This document shows positions 49,574 through 62,092 of a stretch of 64,000 nucleotides of DNA, one piece after another (positions within the stretch are counted from its first letter, which is position 1; each line of letters begins with the position of its first letter). The stretch comes from Chiloscyllium plagiosum (Eukaryota). The translations under genes were made by a program, and so were the position numbers. The stretch lies in assembly GCF_004010195.1 (NCBI RefSeq), contig NC_057719.1, positions 62,126,079 through 62,190,078 on the forward strand, given 5' to 3'. The notes beneath the pieces were generated by a model. The model did no database searches. It was not told the DNA's origin and saw only the letters and a list, made by a program, of their open reading frames with translations.

Positions 49574-50802
49574 ATAGAATCACACAGCATGGAAACAGAC
49601 CATTTGGTCCAACCAGTCCATTCTCCCTACATATTGTTTCTCTGCACAGTTTTGACTTTTTTTTTAAATCCCCCTAGCTCCGAAAAAAACGTCCCTGAGG
49701 CAAAACCCTGAAATTTGATCTCTGTTGTTGTATCGACACTAAATGGATTGCACTGGCTCACAAATGAGGCTCACTCTCATCTTCTCAAGGGACAGATCAT
49801 AAGTGTGGGGCCAGCCAGCAGTCAACCCATCCTGTCAGTGAATAAAACAAAGAAAAAATAATACTTCACCACCTTACAGGCTTGTATGTATTCTGTCAAC
49901 ATTTTTAAAATTAGGAATGTAGTTGATTAATGTGACAATTACCAGGTGCTCTGTTGAGTGTTGATCAAGGGATGGATATTGAAGAAGAGCAAGAATACTC
50001 CTGGACCCCAGTCAGGCAGGTAAGATCTCCATTTGTTGTCACATCCAAAACAATAGCATCGCAGACAGTCCACGACTCCCTCAGCATCACACTGGAGTCT
50101 CAGACTTGGCCTTTGCACTTGACCTTGTGTTTCGGAGGCTAGAATGGAGAGTTGCGATTCAGAGATCGAGAGGCCATGAGATTGAGTGACAGGTCTAGCT
50201 TGTACTTCCATGACATGTTGCACTTTTCTCCAGCACACATTGCTGATTAATACCACGACTCTAAAACCATGTAACGTCAACAGGAGGTCTGTTAGAATGT
50301 AATAAGGAGGAACATTAGGAAGAGATTGGACAGTGGACGAAGACAAAAGGCGTTGTTGTTCTGCTATGAGTGATTTATGCACCTGTTAACACCACACTGT
50401 GGGGAATTGATTTCAAAAGCCAAGTTTCTTTGATTAGTTTGAACTTGGAGTAAGGCTTCGTTGTAGTTGGTGAGTTTTATTCATGCAGATAGTGTTGAAT
50501 ATTGCTCATTGTAACTAAAATAGCTTGACTTCAACTGATTACCTAACACAGAGTTTTTAAGATTGTGCTTTGGAGCAAATGCTGACTCTTGAGTTTTTAC
50601 CTCTGTATAAAAATTTAGTGTTGTTTACAGGACAGAAAGGAGGCCATGCAAACCAATGTGTCCATGCTGCCTCTATGTGGAGTGAGCCCATCGTTCTCAT
50701 TCCCTCTGTAACCTTGTGGCCTTACAGTTTATAACCTTCAAGTGCCTATCCAATTTCTTGGTAAAAGTGTTGGTAGACGTGGACAGCCATGATGTGGGTG
50801 TG

Positions 50803-51045
50803 CAGGTGTTGGACTGGGGTGGACAAAGTTTAAAAATCACACAACACCAGGTTATAGTCCAATAGGTTTGTTTAGAAACACTAGCTTTTGGAGTACTGCT
50901 CCTTTGTCAGTTGGTTGGAGGCTATCCCACTAGCTACCTGACAAAAGACTCACTAGCTCCTGACAAGGGAGCAGCTCTCCGAAAGCTTATACATTCAAAT
51001 AAACCTGTTGGACTATAACTTGGTGGTATATGATTTTTAACTTTG
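50803..51045. mobile_element. Family B element, inverted pair
   Basis: AAAATCACACAACACCAGGTTATAGTCCAATAGG on the left and CCTGTTGGACTATAACTTGGTGGTATATGATTTT on the right. Both hammerhead cores are degenerate. Confidence 0.8.
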
Positions 51046-51842
51046 CCTGCATGGGCAGTAAGCCTGAGGAAAACACACGCAATATGACACAGAAGTAGTG
51101 GTTACATGTTTTGGAAATGACAGCTGGTCCTGTGTGGTGAAGGAGTGTTGACTGGGATGAGGAGCTTTCTTTGGCATTAACTTGCCTGTGCTTTTCTCTT
51201 GTGATATATTCAGGAAATTGCCAACAGGATGTGTGGGGCGCAGGTGGGAAAAGGAACACTGTGAGCTCAAGAGAGATCTCATCTGATATTGGAAGAGAGA
51301 TTTAAAAAGAAATACAATATCTTAGAAAGCAGATGTAGATGATATGCAATTAATGGTGAACATTTTAAGGATAGAAGTGAACAAGCACTGTTTGAGTTAA
51401 AAATAATTGCCAGTGTTGTTTCTTTCTTTACTAAATCTGAATGGAGGATTGATTGATTTGATTTGATGTGATTTATTGTCACGTGTATTTTGTTACAAAA
51501 TAGTGAAAAATGCTGTATAGTGTGGGGTCTCTCAACGTGCAGTGTAAATACAAGGCAGCTTGTTCATGGAATATATAGAATATATAGAAGAGAAACAGAT
51601 GATTTTAGCCCATTTGAATTGTGTTTATAAACAACCTCATATGAGCATTGCCTTCTATCCATTCTGTACCTATGCTGTTATCTAGTTCTTCCTTAAACAC
51701 CACTGGTTGCTTCAGCACGATCCACCTCTGATTAAATTTATTCAGTGACCCTGCCTCCTGAAGCAAAGTTTCAAAATTGCACAGCCCTCTGAAGAAAGAG
51801 ATTTCCTCTTCATCTCTGGCTTATAAAAATAAGCCCATGTAC

Positions 51843-53745
51843 AGTCAGAGTTATACAGCACAGAAACAGACCCTTTGGTTCAACTCCGTCCATGCTGACC
51901 AGACATCCCAATCTGACCTAGTCTCATTTGCCAGCACTTGGCCCATACCCCTCTAAACGCTTCCTATTCATGTACCCATACAGATGCCTTTTAAATGTTG
52001 TAATTGTACCAGCACCACCATTTCCTCTGGCAGCTTGTTCCATACATGCACCACCTTCAGGGTCAAAAGGTTAAGCCCCCACACGCACACACCGCCCCCC
52101 ACCTGGGTCCTTTTCTATCTATGCCCTCTAGTTTTGGACTCCACTACCTGAGGCAAAAACACCTTGGCTGCTCACCCTAACCATGACCCTCAATTTAATA
52201 AACCTCTCATGTCACTCTTCAGCCTCTGGTGCTCTGGGGGAAGTAGCCCAAGTGTACTCAGCTTCGCCCTCCAGCTCAAACCCTCCAATCCTGGCAACAT
52301 CTTTGTAAATCTTATCCACAAGTTCAAGTTGAACAACATTCTTCCTATAGAAGAGAGACCAGAATTGTATGTAGCGTTCTAGAAGTGGCCTATACAGCTG
52401 CAACATAACATCCCAACTCCTATACTCCGTGCACTGGACAATGAAGGCAAGCATACTAAACACTTCCTTCACTACCTTGTATATCTGTGTCTCCACTTTT
52501 GCGGAACTATGTACCTGCACCTCAAAGTCTCTTTATTTGGCAACACTCCCCAGAGCCCTATTGTTAACTGTATAAGTTCTGCCCTGGTTTGCCTTACTAA
52601 AATGCAGCACTTCACCTTTATCTAAATTCAGCTCCATCTGCCACTCTTCGGCCCATTGGCCCGTCTGGTCAAGTTCCCGTTGTTCTCTAAGATGATAGTC
52701 TTCACTGTCCACTCCTCCATCTGATTTGGTGTCATCTGCAAACTTAGTAAACATGCCTCCTATTAGATTAGATTAGATTGGATTGATTACAGTTGGAAAC
52801 AGGCCCTTCGGCCCAACAAGTCCACACCGACCCGCCGAAGTGTAACCCACCCAGACCCATTCCCCTACATGTACCCCTTCACCTAACACTACGGGCAATT
52901 TAGCATGGCCAATTCACCTGACCTGCACATTTTTGGATTGTGGGAGGAAACCGGAGCACCCGGAGAAAACCCATGCAGACACGGATATTCACACTCAAAT
53001 CATTTACAGAAATGATGAAAAGCAGTAGATGCAACACCAATCCTTGCAGCACACTGCTGGTGACAGGCTTCAGTCTGAAAAGCAATCCTCTTCCATCACC
53101 CTCTGTCTCCTGCCTTCAAGCCAATTTTGTGCTGAATTGGCTAGCTCCCCCTGGATCCCACATGATATAACCTTACCAACCAATCTATCATGTGGAACCT
53201 TGTTGAACACTTTGCTGAAGTCCGGATAGACAATGTCTACCACTCTGCCATCATAATCTTTGTTGTCACTTGTTGAAAAAAACTCAATTAAGTTAGTGAG
53301 ACACTATATTTCTTTCACACAACACCATGCTGACTCTCCCTAATCAGTCCTTGCCTTTCTAAATGCATGTAAATCCTGTCCCTCAGAATCCACTCCAACA
53401 AGTTAGCCATCACTGACGTAAGGCTTACTGGTCTGTAGCTCCCTGGCTCTTCCTTACAGCCTTTCTTAAATAAAGTCACCATGTTAGCCAACCTCCAGTC
53501 TTCCAGAACCTCTCCCATGCTGTCAATGATACAAATATCTCAGCGAGGAGCCCAGCAATCTTCTCCCTGGCCTCGCACATAATTCTTGGAAACACCTGAT
53601 CAGGTCCTGGAGATTTGTCTTCCCATTTATGCACTTTAAGACCTCCAGCATCATCTCTTCTGTAATATGAATCCTTTCGAAGACATTATTATTTATTACT
53701 CCAAGTTCCCTAGCTTTCATGTCCTTCTCCACAGTAAATACCTAT
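51843..53745 (-). mobile_element. CR1/HER1 LINE fragment covering the RT domain, with an HE1 SINE nested at 52764-52984
   Basis: ORF pieces DWRLANMVTLFKKG..EPGSYRPVSLTSV, VTSSVLQGLVL, KFADDTK and WAEEWQM; CR1 3' tail at 51843. Confidence 0.93.
52764..52984 (-). mobile_element. 5'-truncated HE1-type SINE inside the CR1
   Basis: (TTAGA)n tail and HE1 3' half. The CR1 sequence resumes after it. Confidence 0.88.
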
Positions 53746-56049
53746 GAGGTAGATGGCTTTATAGCTGATGGAGCAAGTAGGGCAAAGAATCTTTTGGGAA
53801 ATCACTGATTCCCATTGCTTTGGTTTCCTAATTATCTGTTCCCATATTCACTCAAACAGCTCAAAGACCACTGAAACATAAATATGTCCAGCAAATAGAG
53901 CTTGGCAGCACAGAGGATGATAACTTGGCTCAGCATGTTTGCGCCAGCTCTTGGAAAGATGAAAGATCTTGTTCTTTTATTGAATTATAATGAGGGTTGG
54001 CAAGTCCATAGTTTCTTGTTGTTTTCTCTATTATGTTACCACCAAGTTTTGTGGGAGGTGCATGATGGTGAATTGGCTGTCAATGTTTAAACCCCTTGTT
54101 CAGTTGCAATAAAAAAGTCAATCTTCTCAGCACAAAGTTATGTCACACTCATGTGTAAAATGTAGTTTACTAGTTCAAAATGAAGGTGCAGATTATATGG
54201 TTTTCTCAAGTAAAAGATTGAGGAATTTTATTTCCTGCTAACCTTGAGAAAGATTTTGAAACACTACATCACATATGCACACAAACGCAGATGTAAAGTT
54301 TAACCAGGAGATGGTGCCTAATGCAGATGAGAAGGCAAAAGAATAAGCAGTTTAAATGTCTTTAGATTAATGAATATATTCCATTTTAACCTGAGAGCAT
54401 GGCTGTTCCCACCGCAGTGATTGAAATCTATGAATTTCCTTGAATGACTGGTTGCTTCTCTGATTTACTTTACACTGGCTATTGTCAACCAAGAGGCTGA
54501 AAGTCAATAGTGAGAGAGTGTACCAGTTCTGCTGTCATAAACCCAGCTTTTCCCCAGTCTTTGTTCTGATGTGTCCAAAAGCATTTGCCTGAAATATAGT
54601 TGAATTGTACATCCCCTGTGTCTGGCATTCTTTTTGCAAGCTGGATTACTTACAGGTGGCTTTCATATTCATGACATGAAACATATCCAGAAAAGTATAA
54701 ATCAAACAGGAGAGACCGATCTGAGTAACTGGTTTCAGTCACTGTAAAGAAATGTTAATTTCATTTCAACCCAAGTCTTTCTGATTGATCACCTGACCAT
54801 CAGTTGAGTCAGTTCATGAAACCAATGTGGCCATCTTAAGTCAGTACTTATTTGTTCTTTTTAAAACCATTTTACACCATGTAAAGTGTGGGTATTAAAA
54901 AAAAACATATTTAAGCCCTACCTTATTGATGGTAATGCCTCAGCAAATCAGCCAACCAATCAGCACGCTTTACGCCTGTACTGTAAATTGTTGTGATCGT
55001 TTGAAACTTGGCATTCTTGCATGAGTCCTGATGATTGCAAAGGGAAAAAGCTCTCTTTTCAAGAATATGGAAATTTGTAGTTTCCAATTTGCTAATCTTG
55101 TCGCACAAGCCTGCGCAAACATTCATGCATGTACCTTGTGGAAGATATTGTTGAATCAGCATCCAACTTTTTTGGACAATAGTTTCCCTTGTTTTGACTG
55201 CTTGCTTTGCTCATTCCATTTAAATTGTTGTCCTCTGGTTACTGATCTGCTACCTGTTTTCTGCCCCATTTTTCGAACAGCAACAACACAGCTAGTGAAA
55301 ACTCGATTGGAGTTTGGGTTGAGCACTTTGGCTGACCCTGCTCAGCACAACCAGTGGATACTGTGACAGTTGGAATAGAGACTGTAAAAGCAGTCTGGAT
55401 GCGATATCCAATTATCCATTTGTTCATGCATTTTGGTTCCTGGTGGCTTAAGAGTGGAGTGTCACCAGGAAAATGAAAAATGTTTGATCTACAAGTCCAC
55501 AGCACATCAAAAAGAAAGAAAGAAATGTTGTTGCTTGGTCGTTACCTATCACTGTCAAGAACATGGATTTATGAGTGGAATGTACAAATTTAACACAACT
55601 TTTTTTATCTTTAAGGAAAATATTATGTCCATTGCTTCTTTGGTGCTATCCTATATTTGGTACATTATTTAATGTATCATTCCAAAAGGTTTCCAAAGCA
55701 GAATTCCCTGTTTGCCCGTTACTGTGTTATTGTGTGGAGATCATGTGCAAATGCCTTGTTTTCCTGGTGGCTTAGCTAGGATCAGGAATTTGCTATATAT
55801 GAACATGACAGCTTGGAATTGGAGATCTTCGAATTTAAAATCCCTTCTTTCACACTGTGAAGTGAACAAAAGATCGCTTGGCACTTGCCTAAAGGTTTAG
55901 AGGTTCAGGAGATAAGCCAGGACTGAAGAAATGTCAATGTCACAGAAGATGCAGGGTCTAGATTAATGGATCAAATTTTTGTTTGGAATGACATAGCTAA
56001 ACAAGTACCACAAGCACTCCTAAGGCCTCAATTAATTACCATCTAGGTT

Positions 56050-56945
56050 CTCAACTTGGAGAAAGGAGCAGAGTGTAATGCATCCAAATTTGCTGACAAT
56101 ACAAAAATAGGTGCGACGACGTGTTGTGATGTGTTTATAAGAAATTTGCAAAAGGATAGAGATGGGTTGAGTGAGTGATGTGGACTTAAATGTAGGAATG
56201 TGAAACCATGCACTAAAGGGAAAAATTAAAAAAAAAAACAGGCTATTTCTTAAATGGAGAGAGTCTCCAAAAAATAGCAGTACAGTGGATTTGCGTGTTT
56301 GTGTGTGTGAAACGCATGTGAAGCAAGTAATTAAGAAGGCAACTGGAGTTTTAGCTTTTCTTGTTAGGGGATTGGAGTTTAAAAATTGGGGAAGTCTTGA
56401 TACTACTGTGCAGGATGTTGATGGTGTCATACCTGGAGTACTGCGAATAGTTTCGGCTCCTGTAATGAAGAAAGGATTTACTTACACTGAATGTAGTCTA
56501 AAAAAAAGGTTCACTAAGCTTCTTAAAATGAAGGTTTTGATTTCTAAAGTGTGGCTAAGCAGGATAGAACATCTATTCAGTAGTGTTTGGAAGAGAGAGT
56601 TGATCTTATTTAAACATGTAAGATGCTGAGGGGATTGACAGGGTTGATGTTGAGATGACGTTTCCATGAGTGGGCTGGATCTCCAACTTAAGTGACTTTG
56701 TTACAGAATAAGGAGACGTGAAGAAATGTCTCCTCCCAGAAACTAGTGAATCTGTGTCGAAATCTGTACCCAAGTGAGTTGTGGAAGCTGGATCACTGAA
56801 AGTATTTAAAGAGGAGGCAAGAAAGGTTTTGAAGTAAGAGGGAGTTGAAGCCTGTAGGATCAGGTCAGCCATGATCTTGAAGAGCAGGCCAGGCTTGAGG
56901 GATGGAATAGCTTACTTCTGCTCCTATTTCGCAGCTTGTGTTCTA
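56050..56945 (+). mobile_element. Old CR1 LINE 3' fragment
   Basis: SKFAD-like TCCAAATTTGCTGACAATACAAAA at ~56084, QVIKKATGVLAF..RGLEFK, CR1-type 3' tail. Confidence 0.75.
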
Positions 56946-57589
56946 ACTGCGTAGTATTTTTTCGAAAGGCAAGTTGTGCTCAGCAAAGTTGGGAATGTTC
57001 TTGAGCATGTGGTTGATTTATAGAGGTAAAGGAACGTACCATATGTAATATGTATACATACATAGATGTAATGGCTCATTTATAAGTAGTGCCCTTAACA
57101 TATCACCTTGTCATGAAAGCTTGTTTCAACCTGAGACCTTGATTCTGTTTTCCTCTCATCAGATGCTATTAGCTAGTCTGTGGAGAGAGAAACAAAGTTA
57201 ACATTTTGAATCCGCTGGCTTTTTTTTAAAAGATGGAATCCATCCGAGGAGTCATTGCACTCAAGCATTCACTTTATAAAGATGACTTTAGTCATTGTCA
57301 CGGTCATTGGATACATTAAAATGCTTTACAGCCAATGACATTTTTTCTGAAGTATAAATACTTTGGTAAAACCAGTAATGTGACAGCTAATTTGTGCTCC
57401 AAAAGCTCCTTCTAAATGCAATGAGATAATGAGCAGATAATCTCCTTTTTATGATGCTGAAGGATAAGTATTGACAATGTCGTCATCAGTAATTCAGCTG
57501 CATTCCCTCATGATATTCCCAGAAGACAAGTGTGGCCTTGGTTTAATGCATCACCTGAAAGGCAGAACCTCTGACAGTCCTGTCTAAGA

Positions 57590-58670
57590 CTCAGCAGGAG
57601 CAGATAATTGAGCCCATTGAGTCCGCAACACCATTCAATATGATCATGATTGATTTGATGATCCTTAACTCCATTCTCTTGCCTTTTCCTTGTCATCCCT
57701 AATTCCCTTACTGATGAAAAATCTTCCTGAGTTTTGAATATGCTTAGTGACCCAGCCTCTATATTACTCTGTGGTGAAGAATTTCATACATTTACCACCT
57801 TCTGAGGGAAGAAACTCCTCTCATCTGCGTCTTTCAATGGGAGACCTGTTGTTCAGAAATTATGTCCCTTGGTTCTAGACTGTCCCTCGAGAAAGTAAAC
57901 CCCTTTATTTCCAGGTAAAAACAATGACTGCAGATGCTAGAAACCAGATTCTGGATAAGTGGTGCTGGAAGAGCACAGCAATTCAGGCAACATCTGAGGA
58001 GCGGTAAAATCGACATTTCGGGCAAAAGCCCTTTACTGCTCCTCAGATGCTGCCTGAACTGCTGTGCTCGTCCAGCACCACTAATCCAGAATGCCTTTGT
58101 TTCTACCCTGTCTTGTTCTCTAAGATTCTTGTGTATTTAAACAAGGTTGTTTCTCATCTATATTCCAACAAGTACAGGCCTGATCTGCACAACTTCTCCT
58201 CATACAGTCGCTCCAAACCTGGGATCTGAAACCTGGGACTACCTCTAATGCCAGAATGCCTTTGCTGAGATGAAGGGCCCAGAGCTGTTCACTGTATTCC
58301 AGCTGTGGCCTGACTAATGCCTTATATAGTTTTAGCAAGATTTCCCCGCACTATTTTTATGTTCAATTCCATTTGAAATAAAGGCCAACATTCCATCTCC
58401 ATTTCCTCTTGCCCTCTAAACTTGGAGTTGTAGCTTTTTGTGCGTCATGGGGAAGGACTACCAAATCCCCCTGTTTTATAGCTTTCTGCAGTCCTTCTCC
58501 ATCTAAATAATGTTTAGCTCCTTTATTCTTCCTGCCAAAATGCATAACGTTATGTTTTGCCACATTATAATCCATCTGTCAAGTTTTTGTCCTCTTGCTT
58601 AACCTGTCTATATCCCTCTGTAGACTGTGTCTCTGCCTTATCCCTTGCCTTCCCACCTATTTCTGTGTCA
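57590..58670 (-). mobile_element. Old CR1 LINE 3' fragment, interrupted at 57913-58092
   Basis: ORFs MLKLYKALVRPQLEYSEQLWA and MDYNVAKHNVMHFGRKN. Confidence 0.85.
57913..58092. mobile_element. Family A element, inverted pair
   Basis: 61-bp inverted arms 57948-58008 / 58032-58092 around a 23-nt loop holding the antisense hammerhead stem II. Possible TSD CCTTT(A/G)TTTC at 57902-57911 / 58094-58103. Confidence 0.85.
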
Positions 58671-59120
58671 TTAGAGGCTAGCATGCTGCCAAATCAGCTA
58701 TGGCTGATGATTCTGATGCTGTGAATGAAAGATTGAAGTGGACACTTGGGTCAGATGCAGTTGAACACAGTAGGTCCCCAAGGTGACTTAGTTTGGGTGG
58801 GGAAGTCACAGTGAAATAAATACAAACTCAATGGGAGGTTGCTGAAAGGAGTTGAACTAAGCCCTGGTAGGGTTGCTTAAATGTATTCCTGGAACTCTGA
58901 TCATATGACTTAGTCCAACACTCAGTTGGCCAGCACATTTTCCACAGCAGGCAGGAAAGCAGAAGGACTCCACCAACTGATAATGCTGGACTGTCAACCA
59001 AACAGTTATTTCCACCCTCTTTTTTTTTTAAAAAGCTCTTGTAAACAGACATGTTCAAAGAAAGCTGCATTTAATTGTTTTTTTAACATGTGTCTCTGTT
59101 TGTTTCTCGTTTATTCCCAG

Positions 59121-59227
59121 GGTTACTAACGACTGTGTCCTGGCGATAGATTTTCAAACCCTGAAGACACTGGGTCAATCCTTGAGGCATTGCAACTTTA
59201 AGCGAGTCGCATCATTATTCTGTGAAG
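59121..59227 (+). other. Candidate internal exon (107 nt, no ATG; probably 5' UTR, though one frame is open)
   Basis: Branch-like TTTAAC, long pyrimidine tract and CCCAG| acceptor; donor AAG|GTATGA; non-repetitive and retains CpGs. Confidence 0.6.
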
Positions 59228-61571
59228 GTATGAGTACAGGTTACTAACATCATCATCATTTTTATCTTAGGAATGAAGGCAATGGTCTAAGAGCCCAGAT
59301 GTGGTGATAAATTGTACAACACACGTGAGGCTGTACTTGGAGTTATGGGAATTCCCTTGTTGAGTATCTTAAGCTGTAAAGTATCTGTGATAATCGACCT
59401 TGAAATGATCATGAGCTGTTGAGAAATGGGGGCTATTTCTCTTCACGCAGAGAAGGTAAACATGAGATTGAAGAGACAAGTCAGGAGTGTTTAAAGGACT
59501 TAGATGAAAGTACGGTTTACTCTGGTTATGGAATACCTGGCAAGCACCCATCAATTTAAAACAACTCCGAGGTGAAAGGGGATTGTTGAGGTGAAAAATT
59601 CTTCAAACTGGATTGCTGGGTATTGAAATTGCTGCAGGCTGTAATTGAAGAAATTTAGTCCATGCTTTGAAGGAAAAAGAAACAAATAGAACATGACAGT
59701 GCAGTACAGGCTGGTCCTTCGGTCCTCAATGTTGCGCTGACCTGCGAAACCAGTCTAACCTACACTATTCCATTATGTTTATCCAATGACCAAATATGGA
59801 GAAAGCAGAGGATAGAATGGTATCGTGGGGGGTGGGGGGGGTTGCTGTCGGGAGCAGTCGCACAGGAGAGAAGGAAGAGGTGAATGATCTTTTGTTTGAC
59901 TCTGCAAACTTTAAGTCTGGACTTAATGAATCTAGTGTGACCCTAATGGTACAGGTGGAACACCAGATAGTTTCAGGCAAACTGAGCATGGCGGTGATTG
60001 GCCTGTGCAGAGCAATCTACTCCGCGAAGGAGAAAGGATGCATTAGTTATTTATTTTCAACTTTCAAATGGTTTAGTTGTTAAATGTCCCAACAGAGTAT
60101 CCTTTCAATGCATTTCTCTCTCTTTTTAAAGTGATCTCTGAACTGTGGCCTGTGTTTAAATGACAGAATGGCTGTACTGGGCTCTTTCAGTTTTATACAT
60201 TTGTCCTCTGAGCCAACAACAGCTCCTGATTTCTTCTCAGCTTTGTATCAGATGTGGATAGGTTTTTAAGAGGAGAAACGGACAATGTCTTGTGATTCCA
60301 ACTTGATTGCAGCTTCAGCATTGATGGCCCTTAGTAATAGCAGGAGTGACAGGTTTGATAGATTTCCTTATTCTTCTCATGGGCTGCCTTAACCGACATG
60401 ACTTCAGATATTGATGGGAGGGTGTTGACTGCAGTGCTAGATGCACTGACCCGTATTTTAACAGGTATTGACATCCTGTTTCAGTTTATTTTACAAGCAT
60501 TTTAGCACTTCGTTATGTGTGTATATGTTTGTACTACTTCTTTCCCAGGCTGTGGTCAGCATTTGTTGTCCACTCTTAATTCATGGTGGTGGTGAGCTGC
60601 CACCTTGAATCTGCGTGATGTAGATGCACTCACATTGGGAGGGAATTCCAGGACTTTGATCCCGTGACATCGATTGAACAGTAGTCTACTTGTAAGCTGA
60701 GATGGTTGTGTCCCATGTATCTGCACTTTTGTCCTTCGAGGGAGCAGAGATCATGGGCTTGAAAAGGAATGAAGGAGCCTTTGTGAATTGCAGATGGCTC
60801 TGCCTCTGTGCGAGGGAATGGCTGTCGAAGGTGGTGAATGCAACAGGGTAATTTTAACTGACTTGGCAATCATTATCTTGTGTAACACAAACAGGACATG
60901 GATGTCATTGTTTTGAAGCATCTCGCAGCTAATTTATGTACAAACAGCACTTCATCAGACACACGATTGTCTGTGCTAAAATCAAACTAATGGTCATAAC
61001 AGGAGCATATTTTCATTGGCATTTGTTTTCACCTGTCAGGTCACATGCCATGATGTAGTGATGACTTTAGGATCATGCCTCTTTAAAAGTATGCAATGAA
61101 ACACAACACAACAGCTATACCCTATCCAATTACCAAAACATCCAGATAACCACCTGAGTAGTCAACTGAGGGAGGACTAAACCTTAGATATATCCATTGG
61201 GACTCTGGCTATGAAAAGGAAGTATCCAGATGTGACTTAACCCTACAAGCCGTGCAGCTATTAGGTGTAACCATGTTTGGATCACAGCGCACTTGGAGAG
61301 AGTGTGTCTTGTGACAAGCCAGCTGATTTTGTTTTTGTATTTGAGCTCCATTTTCTCGGCAGACCTTTGCTCAGGGAAAACGCAATACTGTAGAAACAAA
61401 GAGATGAGTTAACTGCCATCATCTTCATCAAAAGCCAGAAGGATCGTAGAGTTTCAGTCTGTAGCCAGTTACAGCATCAACCTTTTAAGATCTTTATATC
61501 TGTTTAACTATACTAGAGGGTAAATTGCTTCATCTGTCCCTCAACGCTGTAATCTGTGTGTATGTACTTCG

Positions 61572-62092
61572 AGAGTATTGGTTTGGGGTGGACAAAGGTC
61601 AAAATGGCACAACACCAAGTTATAGTCCAATGGGTTTATTTGCAAGCACTAGCTTTTGGAGCACCACTCCTTCATCAGGTGGTTGTGGAGGTTAAGATCA
61701 TAAGACACAGAATTTACATAAAGCTCTATGTAAAACTCTGTAAAACTATACAGAGGGTTTGTCGGTCTTACATAGCATAGGTACACAGACAGACTTCACA
61801 CCGACTGTTTAAAAAGCTGAGCTATCTTGAGAATATCATTTAAAAGAATTTCTGGGATTTGCATATGAAAGAACAAAAACCAGCACATCCCATTATAAAA
61901 GATGAAAGTTTTAATCTAAGATTGTTTACTGAATCGCATCTCCATGACACTGGACTCCTTTGGCTATAAATTCTGTGAGCATGATCTTAATCTCCACAAC
62001 CACCTGATGAAGGAGCAGTGCTCTGAAAGTTAGTGATTCCAAATAAACCTGTTTGACTATTACCTGGTGTGGTGTGATTTTTAAGTGTTTGT
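61572..62092. mobile_element. Family B element, long inverted pair with a hammerhead motif in each arm
   Basis: Arms ~61592-61723 and ~61958-62092. Minus-strand CAC-CTGATGA-A-GGAGT-GGT-GCTCC-AAA-AGCT-A-GTG near 61647-61681; plus-strand CAC-CTGATGA-A-GGAGC-AGT-GCTCT-GAA-AGTT-A-GTG at 62001-62035. Confidence 0.85.

Noticed and set aside
54130-54920. Possible additional solo LTR (also ~44185-45110)
   Set aside because: Composition is suggestive but I could not identify termini, TSDs or a second copy.
3880-59227. Assigning a gene symbol to the host gene
   Set aside because: No coding exon was recognised, so any name would be a guess.
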